Source: an uncultured archaeon (GTDB lineage Archaea; Asgardarchaeota; Heimdallarchaeia; Heimdallarchaeales; Heimdallarchaeaceae). Taken from it: DNA of 64,000 bases. Shown one piece after another: positions 1 to 10,099 of the stretch. The stretch is taken from contig CAZJUB010000006.1 in NCBI GenBank assembly GCA_964549075.1, forward strand, positions 1-64,000. Reading direction: 5' to 3'. The stretch's first letter is position 1, and every line of letters starts with the position of its first letter. The notes beneath the pieces were generated by a model. It was not told the origin of the DNA. It ran no database searches and saw nothing but the letters and a program-made list of their open reading frames with translations. Made by a program: the position numbers and the translations under genes.

Positions 1-438
1 ACACCTTCAGCTGAACTAAGAGGAGATTTAACAAGATTTTCCTTTGAAGGAGTACCTAAATTTGTAAAGGAAACTCAAGATGAAAGAGCTGCTTGTTTCT
101 CTCTAGTGCTCTGTGACTTTTTACCTTTTGATATTCCAGAAATGGTTGAGTTACTAAATTCTGCAACAGGATTTGATTTCACACCTGAGAGTTACTTGAA
201 AAAAGGAGAAAGAATATGGAATATGACTCGGTTATTCAATGTCAGAGAAGGAATGACAGCTGACTATGATGTATTACCAAAAAGATTCTACAATGAAAAG
301 ATGCCAGAAGGACTAGCAGAAGGACAGTATATTTCTGAAGAAGCTTTAGAATCAGCAAAACTAGAATATTACAAACTGAGAGGATGGAATAAAAAAGGTA
401 TTCCAAAAAGAAAAATCTTAAAGAAACTTGGTCTTTAA
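1..438 (+). CDS. aor: Aldehyde:ferredoxin oxidoreductase, C-terminal part (5'-truncated by window edge)
   Basis: Frame 1 is open from base 1 (TPSAELRGD...AACFSLVLCDF). AOR C-terminal motifs GERIWNMTRLFNVREG, DVLPKRF and EYYKLRGW..GIP..L..LGL are present. Confidence 0.88.
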   Translation, partial: TPSAELRGDLTRFSFEGVPKFVKETQDERAACFSLVLCDFLPFDIPEMVELLNSATGFDFTPESYLKKGERIWNMTRLFNVREGMTADYDVLPKRFYNEKMPEGLAEGQYISEEALESAKLEYYKLRGWNKKGIPKRKILKKLGL

Positions 439-460
439 ACCTCTTTTTCTTTTATTTTAT
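439..460 (+). terminator. Oligo-T archaeal intrinsic terminator (putative)
   Basis: T-rich tract (cctctttttcttttattttat) directly after the aor stop codon. Confidence 0.4.
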
Positions 461-532
461 GCAAACTAAGGAATAATATATATATAATAGTCAAGTAAGC
501 TTCCTTCATCATTGATTTTATAGAGGTTTCTT

Positions 533-2047
533 ATGGCAAACGAAAATCTTACAGTTGAACCTAAAAAACAGCGAATTACTGCTCTGGCTATTATCTCTTT
601 ATCGTCTTTTGTAAGCGCATTTATGGGTTCAGCTTTTTCTGTAGCAGCACCAGAAATGACTAATCCTACTAGTAGTCAGTATGTTCCTGGTTTAACAGAA
701 GCAGGGATAGGTTGGGTAATTACAGTTTACATACTTGCGACTGCAATGCTTCAAATTCCTTTTGGTAAGATTTCAGACAATTATGGGAGAAAGAAGATTT
801 ATTTGATAGGAACAATAATCTTCAGTTTAGCTACCTTGGTTTTAGGATTTATGAATAGTGAGTCTACTCTTGTTATCTTCAGATTTATTCAAGGAGCAGG
901 AGCAGCGTTAGTTTTTGCCACAAGTACTGCAATACTAACTTCAATTTATCCGCAGGAAGAAAGGGGAAAAGCCTTTGGAATCAATATTGGATCAGTGTAT
1001 TTAGGACTGACTGTTGGACCTTCATTGGGAGGAGTTATAATAGAACATTTTGGCTGGAGAACTATCTTTTTTAGCGTTGTTCCTTTTGGATTTATCATTA
1101 CTTTATTAGTAATGTTTGTTTTAAAAGGTGAATGGAAGAATGAGAAAACAGAGAAAATTGATTATATTGGTGCAATAATATATATTATCACATTGTTTCT
1201 CTTGTTATACGGATTTAGATCAATCAATACAAATTATGGTTTTTATCTTATTGGCGCGTCAATTCTTAGTTTGATTATTTTTATTTTATGGGAAAGAAGA
1301 ACTGAGATTCCAATTTTAGAACTAAAACTATTTAAGAAAAACAGATTTTTTACTTTTGCTAATTTATCTGCTTTTCTTTTTTATACAGCGACCTCTTCAA
1401 CTGCTTTACTGTTGAATTACTTCCTACAAGATATACTCTATTTGTCTGTATCTGTTGCAGGCCTTATCCTCTTAGCTCGACCTTTTGCTCAAGCAATTTT
1501 ATCTCCAATTGGGGGGCGATTATCAGATAAGATCCAGCATAGAACCATTACAACAATAGGTGTAGCAATGGGATTAATTGGGTTGTCTATATTGCTCTCT
1601 TTAAATCAGCATTCCTCAGTTGTCCTTGTGATATTTGGATTATTATTCGGTGGAATAGGATTTGGATTATTCTCTTCTCCTAACGCAAATTCAATTATGA
1701 GTTCTGTTTCAAGAAAACTATATGGAGTAGCTTCAGCTCTTGTAGGAACCATGAGAACGATAGGACAATCCATAAGCCTAGGTTTTGCAACTTTGATGTT
1801 TTCTGTAATACTTGGAACACCAAATACCTCTACTCAAATTGGATTTAAACATGATTTTGTTATCCCCATTCCCCATTTAATAATCTCTCAACATAATCCG
1901 TTATTATTAACGACTATCAAGATTGCCTTTGCAGTATCACTTGGAATGTGTGTATTAGCTTTGATATCCTCTTATTTGCGTGGAAAAATAAATTTCTCAA
2001 ATAATACTATCTCAAGTTCAGATAATACTAAAAATCAAGAGAATTAA
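533..2047 (+). CDS. MFS transporter, DHA2/EmrB-like (14 TM)
   Basis: Motif A GKISDNYGRKK, FRFIQGAG, GPSLGG, second-half GGRLSDKI; many hydrophobic helices. Confidence 0.92.
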   Translation: MANENLTVEPKKQRITALAIISLSSFVSAFMGSAFSVAAPEMTNPTSSQYVPGLTEAGIGWVITVYILATAMLQIPFGKISDNYGRKKIYLIGTIIFSLATLVLGFMNSESTLVIFRFIQGAGAALVFATSTAILTSIYPQEERGKAFGINIGSVYLGLTVGPSLGGVIIEHFGWRTIFFSVVPFGFIITLLVMFVLKGEWKNEKTEKIDYIGAIIYIITLFLLLYGFRSINTNYGFYLIGASILSLIIFILWERRTEIPILELKLFKKNRFFTFANLSAFLFYTATSSTALLLNYFLQDILYLSVSVAGLILLARPFAQAILSPIGGRLSDKIQHRTITTIGVAMGLIGLSILLSLNQHSSVVLVIFGLLFGGIGFGLFSSPNANSIMSSVSRKLYGVASALVGTMRTIGQSISLGFATLMFSVILGTPNTSTQIGFKHDFVIPIPHLIISQHNPLLLTTIKIAFAVSLGMCVLALISSYLRGKINFSNNTISSSDNTKNQEN

Positions 2048-2057
2048 CACATTTCAG

Positions 2058-2867
2058 CTAAAGTGTAATCCTCAATAATTCTAGAATCTCTTTGTTTCTC
2101 TCAGTTTTGGAAAGTTTCTCTAAAATATATTTAACATCAGGTTCATCAACAGATAATAGTCTTTTCACTATCTCTAATCTAATTTCACTGTTTTTTTCAT
2201 ATTGAACATGTCTTGAAATTGTAAAAAGAATATCTTCATTTTCAATTTTTTGAAGAAGATAATATAGAAGAAGTTTTTTTGTTTCTGTATCTTGATGTAA
2301 TCTGAAGAAAAAGAGGAAGGTTTCCTGTATATATGGATCATCAATTTGATCACTAAGTATTCTAATCATCCATAATTTTATCTGTCTAGATTTCTCAATA
2401 AATTTAATCTGATTTATAATTTTCTCTTGAATTTCTTTAAGACGAATTACTGGTCTTAACGTCCAGATAACCCATAACCGTACTTTTGGCGAGATGTCTG
2501 TTAACTTCTTTAATATAATCTCTCTTATTTCTTCCTCCTCAATCCAATATCCTAAGTTAGAGACAGCTTTTGCCCTACACAAAGGATATTTATCATTCAT
2601 TACTATTTGAATTAGCAATTCTTTGATTTGTTTATTATCGAGATGCTCAGAAATTTGATCGATAATTTTAGTTCTTTCTTTATTTTTGTTAGTATTCTTA
2701 TATCTATCAATTAAATTTTCAATATCTATTTTATCTTCTACTTCTTTTTGTTCTTTAATCTCACTTATTGCTTCTTCTGTTTCTTCGTCTTCTGTCTGTT
2801 TTACTTCAATTTCTTCAACTAAATCAGAAGTTTTAGTGTCTTCATCAGAAGAGTTCTGTTCAGACAT
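2058..2867 (-). CDS. HEAT-repeat protein with acidic N-terminus
   Basis: Repeating units such as D.YPLCRAKAV..LG, D.SPKVRLWVI..L, EKNSEIRLEIV..L. Start placed at ATG 2867 (ORF track extends to 2906). Confidence 0.65.
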   Translation of the reverse strand: MSEQNSSDEDTKTSDLVEEIEVKQTEDEETEEAISEIKEQKEVEDKIDIENLIDRYKNTNKNKERTKIIDQISEHLDNKQIKELLIQIVMNDKYPLCRAKAVSNLGYWIEEEEIREIILKKLTDISPKVRLWVIWTLRPVIRLKEIQEKIINQIKFIEKSRQIKLWMIRILSDQIDDPYIQETFLFFFRLHQDTETKKLLLYYLLQKIENEDILFTISRHVQYEKNSEIRLEIVKRLLSVDEPDVKYILEKLSKTERNKEILELLRITL

Positions 2868-2953
2868 TTCAATCAAGTTAATATGCACATTGAAGTTAAA
2901 AAACATATCATTTTATTCGAAGAGCTTAAAAACCGTTATTTTTCCGGTAATTT

Positions 2954-3598
2954 ATGGGATATAAGATTGAAGTAGAAGAAACTGGAGCTTTAAGAACAAA
3001 TGCTTATCTACTTTATGATGAGCAGACTAAAGAAGCTGCACTTTTTGATATCGGGGGAAAAATAAAGAGGTTGTTAAAAGTTATTGAAGAAAATGATCTC
3101 AGTTTGAAATACATTTTCTGTACCCATTTACACTTTGATCACGTTCAAGGTGTTGAAAAGGTAAGAGAACTCTTTCCAGAAGCTAAATTTGCTTACCATG
3201 AGAAAGAGATTTCTATTTTAGAAAATTCTGGACCTTTTGCAACAATGTTTGGTTTCAATTCTAAATCTTTGAAAGCTCCAGATTTTTATATAGAGGAAAA
3301 TGAAGAATATATCTTAGGTAATATAACTCTAAACACAATATTAGCACCCGGACATACACCGGGAAGTATTTGTTTTTATTTTGATAATGCACTTATCTCA
3401 GGAGATGTCCTATTTCATAGAGGTATAGGGAGAACAGACTTTTTTGGAGGATCATATGAACTTCTTCTAACCTCTTTGGTTAAACTCTTCAAATTACCAG
3501 AAAAAACAAAAGTTTATCCGGGGCACGGAGAATTTACAACTATTGAAGAAGAGAAAAATGAAAATCCTTTCTTCTCTATGCATGATATATCTAACTAA
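2954..3598 (+). CDS. MBL-fold metallo-hydrolase (glyoxalase II/YcbL-like)
   Basis: THLHFDH, PGHTPGS, SGDVLF, GRTD and PGHG motifs. Confidence 0.93.
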   Translation: MGYKIEVEETGALRTNAYLLYDEQTKEAALFDIGGKIKRLLKVIEENDLSLKYIFCTHLHFDHVQGVEKVRELFPEAKFAYHEKEISILENSGPFATMFGFNSKSLKAPDFYIEENEEYILGNITLNTILAPGHTPGSICFYFDNALISGDVLFHRGIGRTDFFGGSYELLLTSLVKLFKLPEKTKVYPGHGEFTTIEEEKNENPFFSMHDISN

Positions 3599-3600
3599 TT

Positions 3601-4251
3601 TTACACAACATTTTCCATCTCTGTTTTTATCTTTTCAAAATCGGAAAAAGTATGTAACCTTTTATCTCCTTGTAATTTATTTGCTAAATCTTCTCCTTCC
3701 TTAGCAAAAATTATGTCTGCTAATTCTTTAGCTGGAAAAATATCTGACAAACCATCACCAATATAAACAATCCTTACATTTTCTGCTTTGAATTTCCTAA
3801 CATGAGAGTATTTGCAGTTTGCACATCCGTGTTCACATTGCTCTGTGAGAAATTGAAGTTTTATTTTATTGTTAATTAAACTCATATCATTAGCTTTTAT
3901 TTGATCCTCTGGGATATCGATTTGATGTTTCCACAAAATTCTCTTGATATATGCTTCAAAACCATCAGAAACTATGATAAAACCTAGTTTATTTTCTTTA
4001 ATCCATTCATAGAATTTTATGAATGATGGATCTATTTTGATGCTATCCACAATCGAATTAATCTCATCTAAAGTAGTATAATCAATCATCCCCCATTGTT
4101 TAACTAAAGCTGCTCGAGTTCCGATACTCCCATTTATTACTAACTTATCATAATACTGCCAATCTTTATCAGTAAGAGCGTTTAGCAACTTTTTGCCTGT
4201 ATCTTGTAAAGTAATAGTACCATCAAAATCACAGAAGATAACATACTCCAT
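3601..4251 (-). CDS. HAD-IB phosphatase, MtnX-like
   Basis: FCDFDGTIT, VSDG, C..GC..CK, YIGDGLSD and FAK motifs. Start placed at MEYVIF (4251). Confidence 0.85.
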   Translation of the reverse strand: MEYVIFCDFDGTITLQDTGKKLLNALTDKDWQYYDKLVINGSIGTRAALVKQWGMIDYTTLDEINSIVDSIKIDPSFIKFYEWIKENKLGFIIVSDGFEAYIKRILWKHQIDIPEDQIKANDMSLINNKIKLQFLTEQCEHGCANCKYSHVRKFKAENVRIVYIGDGLSDIFPAKELADIIFAKEGEDLANKLQGDKRLHTFSDFEKIKTEMENVV

Positions 4252-4352
4252 TGTAAAAGGTTTATTTGAACAACAGAAAAACATTACTGTATCTTCAGTT
4301 TTAATAATTTAGTTAGCTATATATATGTTAAAGATATGAAATTGCAAAAGAG

Positions 4353-5729
4353 GTGTCCACTATCGAAACACTTGAATCCTTGATGAAAATAGCTAATGAG
4401 CAAGGAACTTCTTATACAGATATTAGATGTGGCAAAATAGTCGCTAAGAATATAATAGCTAAGAATGGTTTGATTGTGAACGAGACAAATTGTATAAATT
4501 CTGGCTATGGTATAAGAATACTTTCTGAAGGAATAGAAACCTTTTCTTCTATAACTGATCCAAAATCTGCTGAAAAGGAGATAAAGAAAGCTATTAGTGT
4601 TTCAAAACTTTTAACAAATTGGAAAAAAGGTATTGCTGAATTAGCTGAAGCTCCAGTTTCTGAAGCTGAAGTTATAAGAAAACCTAAAGTTGACTGGGTA
4701 AATCTTGATTCGATAGAAATTAAGGAAAAAATAACAAATCTAAATTCTTACATTGATGAATTTCTCAAAGTAGAGACAGAGATTGAAACAGATGTGCAAC
4801 TGATAAACTGGTCGGAAAGATTTGTCAGTTCAGAAGGTTCAGAAGTCTTCCAAGAATTCCCATATGTTATTCTCACATTAACTGGAAGAGTAAGGAAAAA
4901 CTCAAATCAAGTGAAATATTATAAATCCTTTGGTGGAATGGGAGGACTTGAAATACTTCCTTTTGATCATCTCGATAATACTATCAGTTTCATTGAAGTG
5001 ATAAATAACCTTCCAAAAGCTACCTTAATTAAACCTGGATTATATAATTCTGTTTTGAGCGAAGATATGGCTTGGACTCTAAATCATGAAGTTTTTGGAC
5101 ATTCACTTGAAGCTGATAATGTTCTATCTGGTAGATCTTTTAGTAGTGGATTACAGGGTATGAAAATTGCACCTTCTATAGTTAGTGTAATTGATGATCC
5201 CTATATTGAGTCGTTAGGATATTATGAATTTGATTCTGAAGGAGTTAAGGGAAGAGGAACTCTACTTGTTGATGAAGGTATTCTAACTGATTTTCTGCAC
5301 AGTAGAATAACAGCTGCTGCTATGGGAACAGAATCAAGTTCAAATTATAGAGCATATAGCTTTGAATATTTACCTCAAGTACGTATGAGTAATTTCTTCT
5401 TTGAACCAAAGGATTTCAAGGAAGAAGAATTGTTGGAACATGTAAAAAATGGTCTTTATATTGGAGATGGATTAGGTGGTTCTTCAGAACCTCAAACAGG
5501 AGATTACAATCTAGATGCTCAATATGGTCGAGAAATCAATAATGGAGAACTAGGTAATTATGTTTTACAATTCCAACTCAGCGGAAAAATGTTAGACTCT
5601 TTATCAAAGATTGATTGTATTAGCAATAAGATACTTGCTCAGCCAGGTAGTTGTGTAAAGAATAATCAAAGAATTTTTGTTGGGTCTATCGGACCTAAAA
5701 TCACTGTATCTGAAATGAGGGTGAGTTAA
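4353..5729 (+). CDS. tldD: TldD family metalloprotease (catalytic subunit)
   Basis: HEVFGHSLEAD zinc motif, FDSEGV, RMSN, C-terminal PGSCVK; GTG start. Confidence 0.9.
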   Translation: MSTIETLESLMKIANEQGTSYTDIRCGKIVAKNIIAKNGLIVNETNCINSGYGIRILSEGIETFSSITDPKSAEKEIKKAISVSKLLTNWKKGIAELAEAPVSEAEVIRKPKVDWVNLDSIEIKEKITNLNSYIDEFLKVETEIETDVQLINWSERFVSSEGSEVFQEFPYVILTLTGRVRKNSNQVKYYKSFGGMGGLEILPFDHLDNTISFIEVINNLPKATLIKPGLYNSVLSEDMAWTLNHEVFGHSLEADNVLSGRSFSSGLQGMKIAPSIVSVIDDPYIESLGYYEFDSEGVKGRGTLLVDEGILTDFLHSRITAAAMGTESSSNYRAYSFEYLPQVRMSNFFFEPKDFKEEELLEHVKNGLYIGDGLGGSSEPQTGDYNLDAQYGREINNGELGNYVLQFQLSGKMLDSLSKIDCISNKILAQPGSCVKNNQRIFVGSIGPKITVSEMRVS

Positions 5730-7084
5730 TGTACCAAGATGAAGAAATCAAAGATTTAGCTACTAAAGTTTTACAAAAACTAGAACAAAAAATTAACCTA
5801 ACTGAAGCTGAAGTATATATTCAATCTCTTTCTCATATGCTAGGTGGTAATGAATATAGAACACCAAAGGTATATCAATCTATTAATAGAGAGGGTTGCG
5901 CAATACGTTTTTATAAAAATGACAATCTCTATTTTGCGTGTTTTCCACTTAGAACTGTTTTATCAGATATTGAAAAAATTACATCAATAACAACTTTTCC
6001 TATAGTGTGTAAAAAGTTTGAATTTCCAGAAATTAAGTTGTCTCAGACAGAAATTTCAAAAATCTATGATAAACGAATTGCTTCAATGAATGAAGAAGAA
6101 ATCTATGCTTTATCTTATTCTATGAGTAATACTGATGAAAATATGAAAGACATAATTCTAGATGGAACAATTAGACTCTCATTGGAACGTAAAGCTATAG
6201 CAAATACTACACAATCTATTGCTTTTGAAAAGAGCACTTGGTGTGATATTGATTTGAGAGCTCTTTATCGAGGATATAATATGATTTCCAGTGCTGAAAA
6301 GCATCTTACAAGTAGACAAATTCCTAGTTCTGTTACAAGTATTGTTGAGGATTTAGTTGATGATACAGTACGAAGATCAACTATTAGCAAGAACATATCT
6401 GATTTAGAACTTCCTGTTATATTTTCACCAATGGCTTTATCTCAAATATTCTCTTTTACAATTGTTCCAAAACTATTATCAAAAAGTGAAGAATCTATAA
6501 AAAATCTAGATTTTTCGGAAAATTTCAATCTAGTTGATGATGGAACAGTACCTGGTTTACCTAATTCAACTGCATTTGATGATGAAGGAGTAAGCCAATC
6601 ACGAACAAATATTATCAATAATGGAATTTTCATGACATCTCTAAACAATAGTCAATATACTTTTGGAAGTAATGAAAGAACAGGAAATTCTTTTAGAATA
6701 AAAATGTTTGAGGTTTTTCCAAGAACTTATCAAGCCTATCCTGATGTTTTTCCATCTAATCTTATTGTTGGAGAAGGAGATATACCGCTTGATGAATTTC
6801 TTAGTGATTCTAAAGATTGTATTTTAATTAAGTCAACTCAAGGTTATATGACAGCAGATTTTCATTCTGGTACATTTAAAATATCTGCAAATGATGCATA
6901 TAGAGTCGAAAAAGGAGAAATAGCTGGTGCTTTACCTACATTTGATGTAATTGGAAATATGTACCAGATTTTGAAAGATGATCCTATTTTTCTTAAAGAA
7001 AGGAAAGTCGTAAGACCCGAAAACACACCTTACAGTATTTTAGCTCCTTTCTTTGCTACTGAAAAAACTACAATTTTCCCGTAA
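5729..7084 (+). CDS. pmbA: TldE/PmbA family protein (non-catalytic partner)
   Basis: DDGT...FDDEGV, TGN and SNL motifs; no HExxxH; TAATG overlap with tldD. Confidence 0.82.
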   Translation: MYQDEEIKDLATKVLQKLEQKINLTEAEVYIQSLSHMLGGNEYRTPKVYQSINREGCAIRFYKNDNLYFACFPLRTVLSDIEKITSITTFPIVCKKFEFPEIKLSQTEISKIYDKRIASMNEEEIYALSYSMSNTDENMKDIILDGTIRLSLERKAIANTTQSIAFEKSTWCDIDLRALYRGYNMISSAEKHLTSRQIPSSVTSIVEDLVDDTVRRSTISKNISDLELPVIFSPMALSQIFSFTIVPKLLSKSEESIKNLDFSENFNLVDDGTVPGLPNSTAFDDEGVSQSRTNIINNGIFMTSLNNSQYTFGSNERTGNSFRIKMFEVFPRTYQAYPDVFPSNLIVGEGDIPLDEFLSDSKDCILIKSTQGYMTADFHSGTFKISANDAYRVEKGEIAGALPTFDVIGNMYQILKDDPIFLKERKVVRPENTPYSILAPFFATEKTTIFP

Positions 7085-7119
7085 GAATTTATTTTTAATT
7101 TTATACAGAAAAACAAGTT

Positions 7120-7135
7120 CGAAAAAGTTTAAAAA
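7120..7135 (+). promoter_or_regulatory. Archaeal BRE-TATA promoter of the surface-protein gene
   Basis: cgaaaaagTTTAAAAA; GGTGA RBS at 7179-7183 before ATG 7190. Confidence 0.55.
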
Positions 7136-7189
7136 TGCGGATGAATCTCGAAAACTAATAAGAAAAGCCAAAATACTCGGTGATTTTAT

Positions 7190-8674
7190 ATGAAAAAACA
7201 ATCTATCATAACTTTGATACTACTTACACTTCTATGTAGTGTGAGTTTCATCTCAACTAGTATGAGTAAAGATATAGAAAACCAAACTTACCAGCCAATA
7301 TTAAATGCAACTTACAGACCTATTTTTGCTGGAACAGATGGAAATGCTACAGTAATTTATGACAGGACTCCAACTAATACAAGAGGAGCATTATATCAAG
7401 CAAACATCTATGCTAATGTGACTATTTGGTATAAATATCTAAATGGAGATAATGAATCATCACCTATCTTGTTTATAGATGATGGACTTGGAACCTTCAA
7501 TCCAACTGGGGAACTCATGCATTTTGATGAAGCTAAGACAGTATTAGCACCTGATCCAGGTTATGGTTATTATAACTTCACATTTACAATGAACACAAAT
7601 TTCGTTGTATTTAGAGCAAGATATGGTTTATATGAAGATGATTTTGGATTATATAATATAATTACTGCTGATGGAACAAGAGTTAGATCCTTCTTCTGGG
7701 AACCTTATTATACTCAGCTAGAAGAAATTAGTATGAACTTAACTTACTATAATTATAATATTATCGGGTATGGTTTCAAATATAGAGATGTCACAGAAAA
7801 TTATAATGGTGCGTTTGAAAATGTTACTTTTGCATTAGTCACTAATGGTGATGAAGGAACACTAAATGCTTCATTTTCTCACACATTTGAAAAAGGTACT
7901 GTTGTACAAGTTCAAGCTTTTATTATCCAATATGATAATATGACTGGAACCGGTAGAGTATTTGCAGAAAATTACATTAACACTTTTACAGTAGCTGATG
8001 CAACTCCGGTGATAGAATTATCTGTTCCTAGATACACAAATAAACTTAATGTGAGTTTACTCTGGAGTGCAACTGTATTGAATGGTAATATCACAGCTTT
8101 TGAAATCAATTGGGGAGATTTATCTGGAATACAGATTGTTAATATATCTGTCCATCGATATTATCACGTATATGCAAGTGTTGGTGAATATACAATAAAT
8201 GCTACTGCATATGCAGATTTCTTAGTATCTAACCTCACAGTTAAAGTGCTTATCGAACAGATTAAACCTCTTGGAAGTGTAAAGATAGTCTTACCTAATG
8301 GTACGACAATAATACCTAATCCTCCAAATATTCCAGAAATAGTTGTTGAAGAAAAGCAATTAGATTTCATTTTAAATGCAAACGATACTGGAGGTAGTGG
8401 TATAGAAATGATTATTCTCTCTACAGATGAAGGGAATTCGATAGAAATTTCAGAAAACGGGCAAGTTACAATGAATTTTCTTGAATATGGAATTAGAGAT
8501 ATTACAATCACTGTGATTGATCGTGCAGGAAATGAAATTAGTGAATCATTTTATATCAATCTTGTTATGAAAGAATTACCAGGTGATATTCCTGTGCCAT
8601 TTCCATTCGGAATAACAACTATCCTAGGTTTGTTTTCAGTAGCATTTTTACTTTACCTTAGAAAGAAGAAATAA
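7190..8674 (+). CDS. Secreted, C-terminally anchored surface glycoprotein with PKD/Ig-like domains
   Basis: N-terminal signal peptide, about 17 N-x-S/T sequons, PKD-like INWGD...HVY...GEYTI, Ig-like DRAGN, C-terminal PFPF + TM + RKKK. Confidence 0.78.
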   Translation: MKKQSIITLILLTLLCSVSFISTSMSKDIENQTYQPILNATYRPIFAGTDGNATVIYDRTPTNTRGALYQANIYANVTIWYKYLNGDNESSPILFIDDGLGTFNPTGELMHFDEAKTVLAPDPGYGYYNFTFTMNTNFVVFRARYGLYEDDFGLYNIITADGTRVRSFFWEPYYTQLEEISMNLTYYNYNIIGYGFKYRDVTENYNGAFENVTFALVTNGDEGTLNASFSHTFEKGTVVQVQAFIIQYDNMTGTGRVFAENYINTFTVADATPVIELSVPRYTNKLNVSLLWSATVLNGNITAFEINWGDLSGIQIVNISVHRYYHVYASVGEYTINATAYADFLVSNLTVKVLIEQIKPLGSVKIVLPNGTTIIPNPPNIPEIVVEEKQLDFILNANDTGGSGIEMIILSTDEGNSIEISENGQVTMNFLEYGIRDITITVIDRAGNEISESFYINLVMKELPGDIPVPFPFGITTILGLFSVAFLLYLRKKK

Positions 8675-8703
8675 TCTTTCTTTCTACTTTTTATTCTCTT
8701 TTA
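8675..8703. terminator. T-rich terminator region between convergent genes (putative)
   Basis: tctttctttctactttttattctctttt follows the stop of the surface-protein gene. Confidence 0.35.
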
Positions 8704-8750
8704 ATTATTAAAAAAATAGAAATATCGCATATTCTCATGCAATATTTTTG

Positions 8751-9137
8751 TTACGCTTTCCACGCTGTAGCAGATATCTCAATATCAACATCTTTCGGTA
8801 ATCTTCTAGCTTCAAAAGCAACTCTTGCTGGAGGATCTTCTACAAAATACTGTGCAAAAATCTCATTCATTTTTCCAAATTGCTCTAAATCTTTCAAATA
8901 TACTCTACAACGAACAACATCGGAAAGCGAGTAATCAGCTGCTTCTAAAATTGCTTTGATATTTTCCAATACTTGTTTAGTTGCAGCTTGTATGTCATTA
9001 AATATAATCTCTCCTGTTTTTGGATTGGCAGGTATTTGTCCAGCTACAAACAGAAAATTTCCTGCTTGTATCGCTTGAGAATAAGGACCGACTGGAGCTG
9101 GAGCTTTATCAGTCAGAATAACTTTTTTTGATGTCAT
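8751..9137 (-). CDS. ridA: RidA/YjgF reactive intermediate deaminase
   Basis: [19 protein letters not shown] and LPK.V.IEI motifs. Confidence 0.95.
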   Translation of the reverse strand: MTSKKVILTDKAPAPVGPYSQAIQAGNFLFVAGQIPANPKTGEIIFNDIQAATKQVLENIKAILEAADYSLSDVVRCRVYLKDLEQFGKMNEIFAQYFVEDPPARVAFEARRLPKDVDIEISATAWKA

Positions 9138-9174
9138 GGATTTACGATTTTTTTAAATAACATAAAGTTTTTCC

Positions 9175-10062
9175 TTAGGTTGTATGTGACCATATCTCAA
9201 GAATTCTAAAGATTAAACCTACTCCAAAGTTGAGTGCAGTTTTGTTAGTTCTTTCATAACTAATCTCCACAAAATCAACATAATGAGATTTAGGAAGAAG
9301 GATGTTAAGAATATCAACTATTATGCTAGGAGTCAAACCAAAAGGTTCCATGGTCGCTACTGTAGGTACAAATGCTTGATCAATAGCATCAGCATCTATA
9401 CTTAAATAAATTATCTTAAATTTCGAAACAAATTCTTTAATTTTTTCTAAACTTTTATTTTGGTTTGTTAGAATATCTTGTGTAGCAATATAATTAGTTG
9501 TCTTGTTTTTCTTGATTTTTTGATATTCACTAGATGTTATCGTGTATGCATGCCCTCCAATGAACAACAGTTGTTCCTTCTTCAATCCAAGTTTTGCTAT
9601 CAAATTTGTAAAAACTGTACCATGAGATTGAAAGATACCTTGTGGATATTCATCAGCAAGATCTGCGTGAGCATCAATCCATACTAGAGCAACTTCTTTT
9701 CCCCATGGTGCATTAATCAAAGTATCATATGTGATACTATGGTCTCCTCCCAAAACAAGAAGTTTAGAGTTTGTTTTTTTAGCTTTCTCCCAAATTTGAA
9801 TAATTTCTTTTCTTTGTTTTATGGGATTAAAATTTCCAAAATCATAATAATTTGCTTTCTGTTCGGTTATATTGAAATCAGATGAAATGCCACTAAATTC
9901 AATAGATTGTTTCCTGAGTGCATCAGGAGCTTTTCTAGAACCTCTTTTTGTAGCTTTAACTCTCTCAAATGGGATACCTAATAAAAAAACAGATTCTTTA
10001 TCATCTATACTTGCAATATCTTCAACAGTAAAGAAGCCTAGGAAAGTTCTTTTCATGGTCAA
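9175..10062 (-). CDS. Arginase/agmatinase family ureohydrolase
   Basis: G.PF, GSRKAP, GGDHS, DAHAD, SHGT and SIDADAID metal motifs. Confidence 0.88.
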   Translation of the reverse strand: MTMKRTFLGFFTVEDIASIDDKESVFLLGIPFERVKATKRGSRKAPDALRKQSIEFSGISSDFNITEQKANYYDFGNFNPIKQRKEIIQIWEKAKKTNSKLLVLGGDHSITYDTLINAPWGKEVALVWIDAHADLADEYPQGIFQSHGTVFTNLIAKLGLKKEQLLFIGGHAYTITSSEYQKIKKNKTTNYIATQDILTNQNKSLEKIKEFVSKFKIIYLSIDADAIDQAFVPTVATMEPFGLTPSIIVDILNILLPKSHYVDFVEISYERTNKTALNFGVGLIFRILEIWSHTT

Positions 10063-10099
10063 TAATTCTTTTTCAGTCTTCTATTAAATTCTTTTTGAT

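Noticed and set aside
2686-2964. Ser-rich plus-strand ORF, representative of many antisense ORFs (e.g. 8164-8511, 25085-25375, 30367-30669, 41870-42148, 45993-46328)
   Set aside because: Ser/Phe/Ile-rich reverse-complement shadows of well-supported Glu/Lys-rich genes.
4353-7084. TldD/PmbA as the leader peptidase for the radical SAM peptide
   Set aside because: It is 40 kb away and TldD/E pairs are widespread housekeeping genes in archaea; nothing links them.
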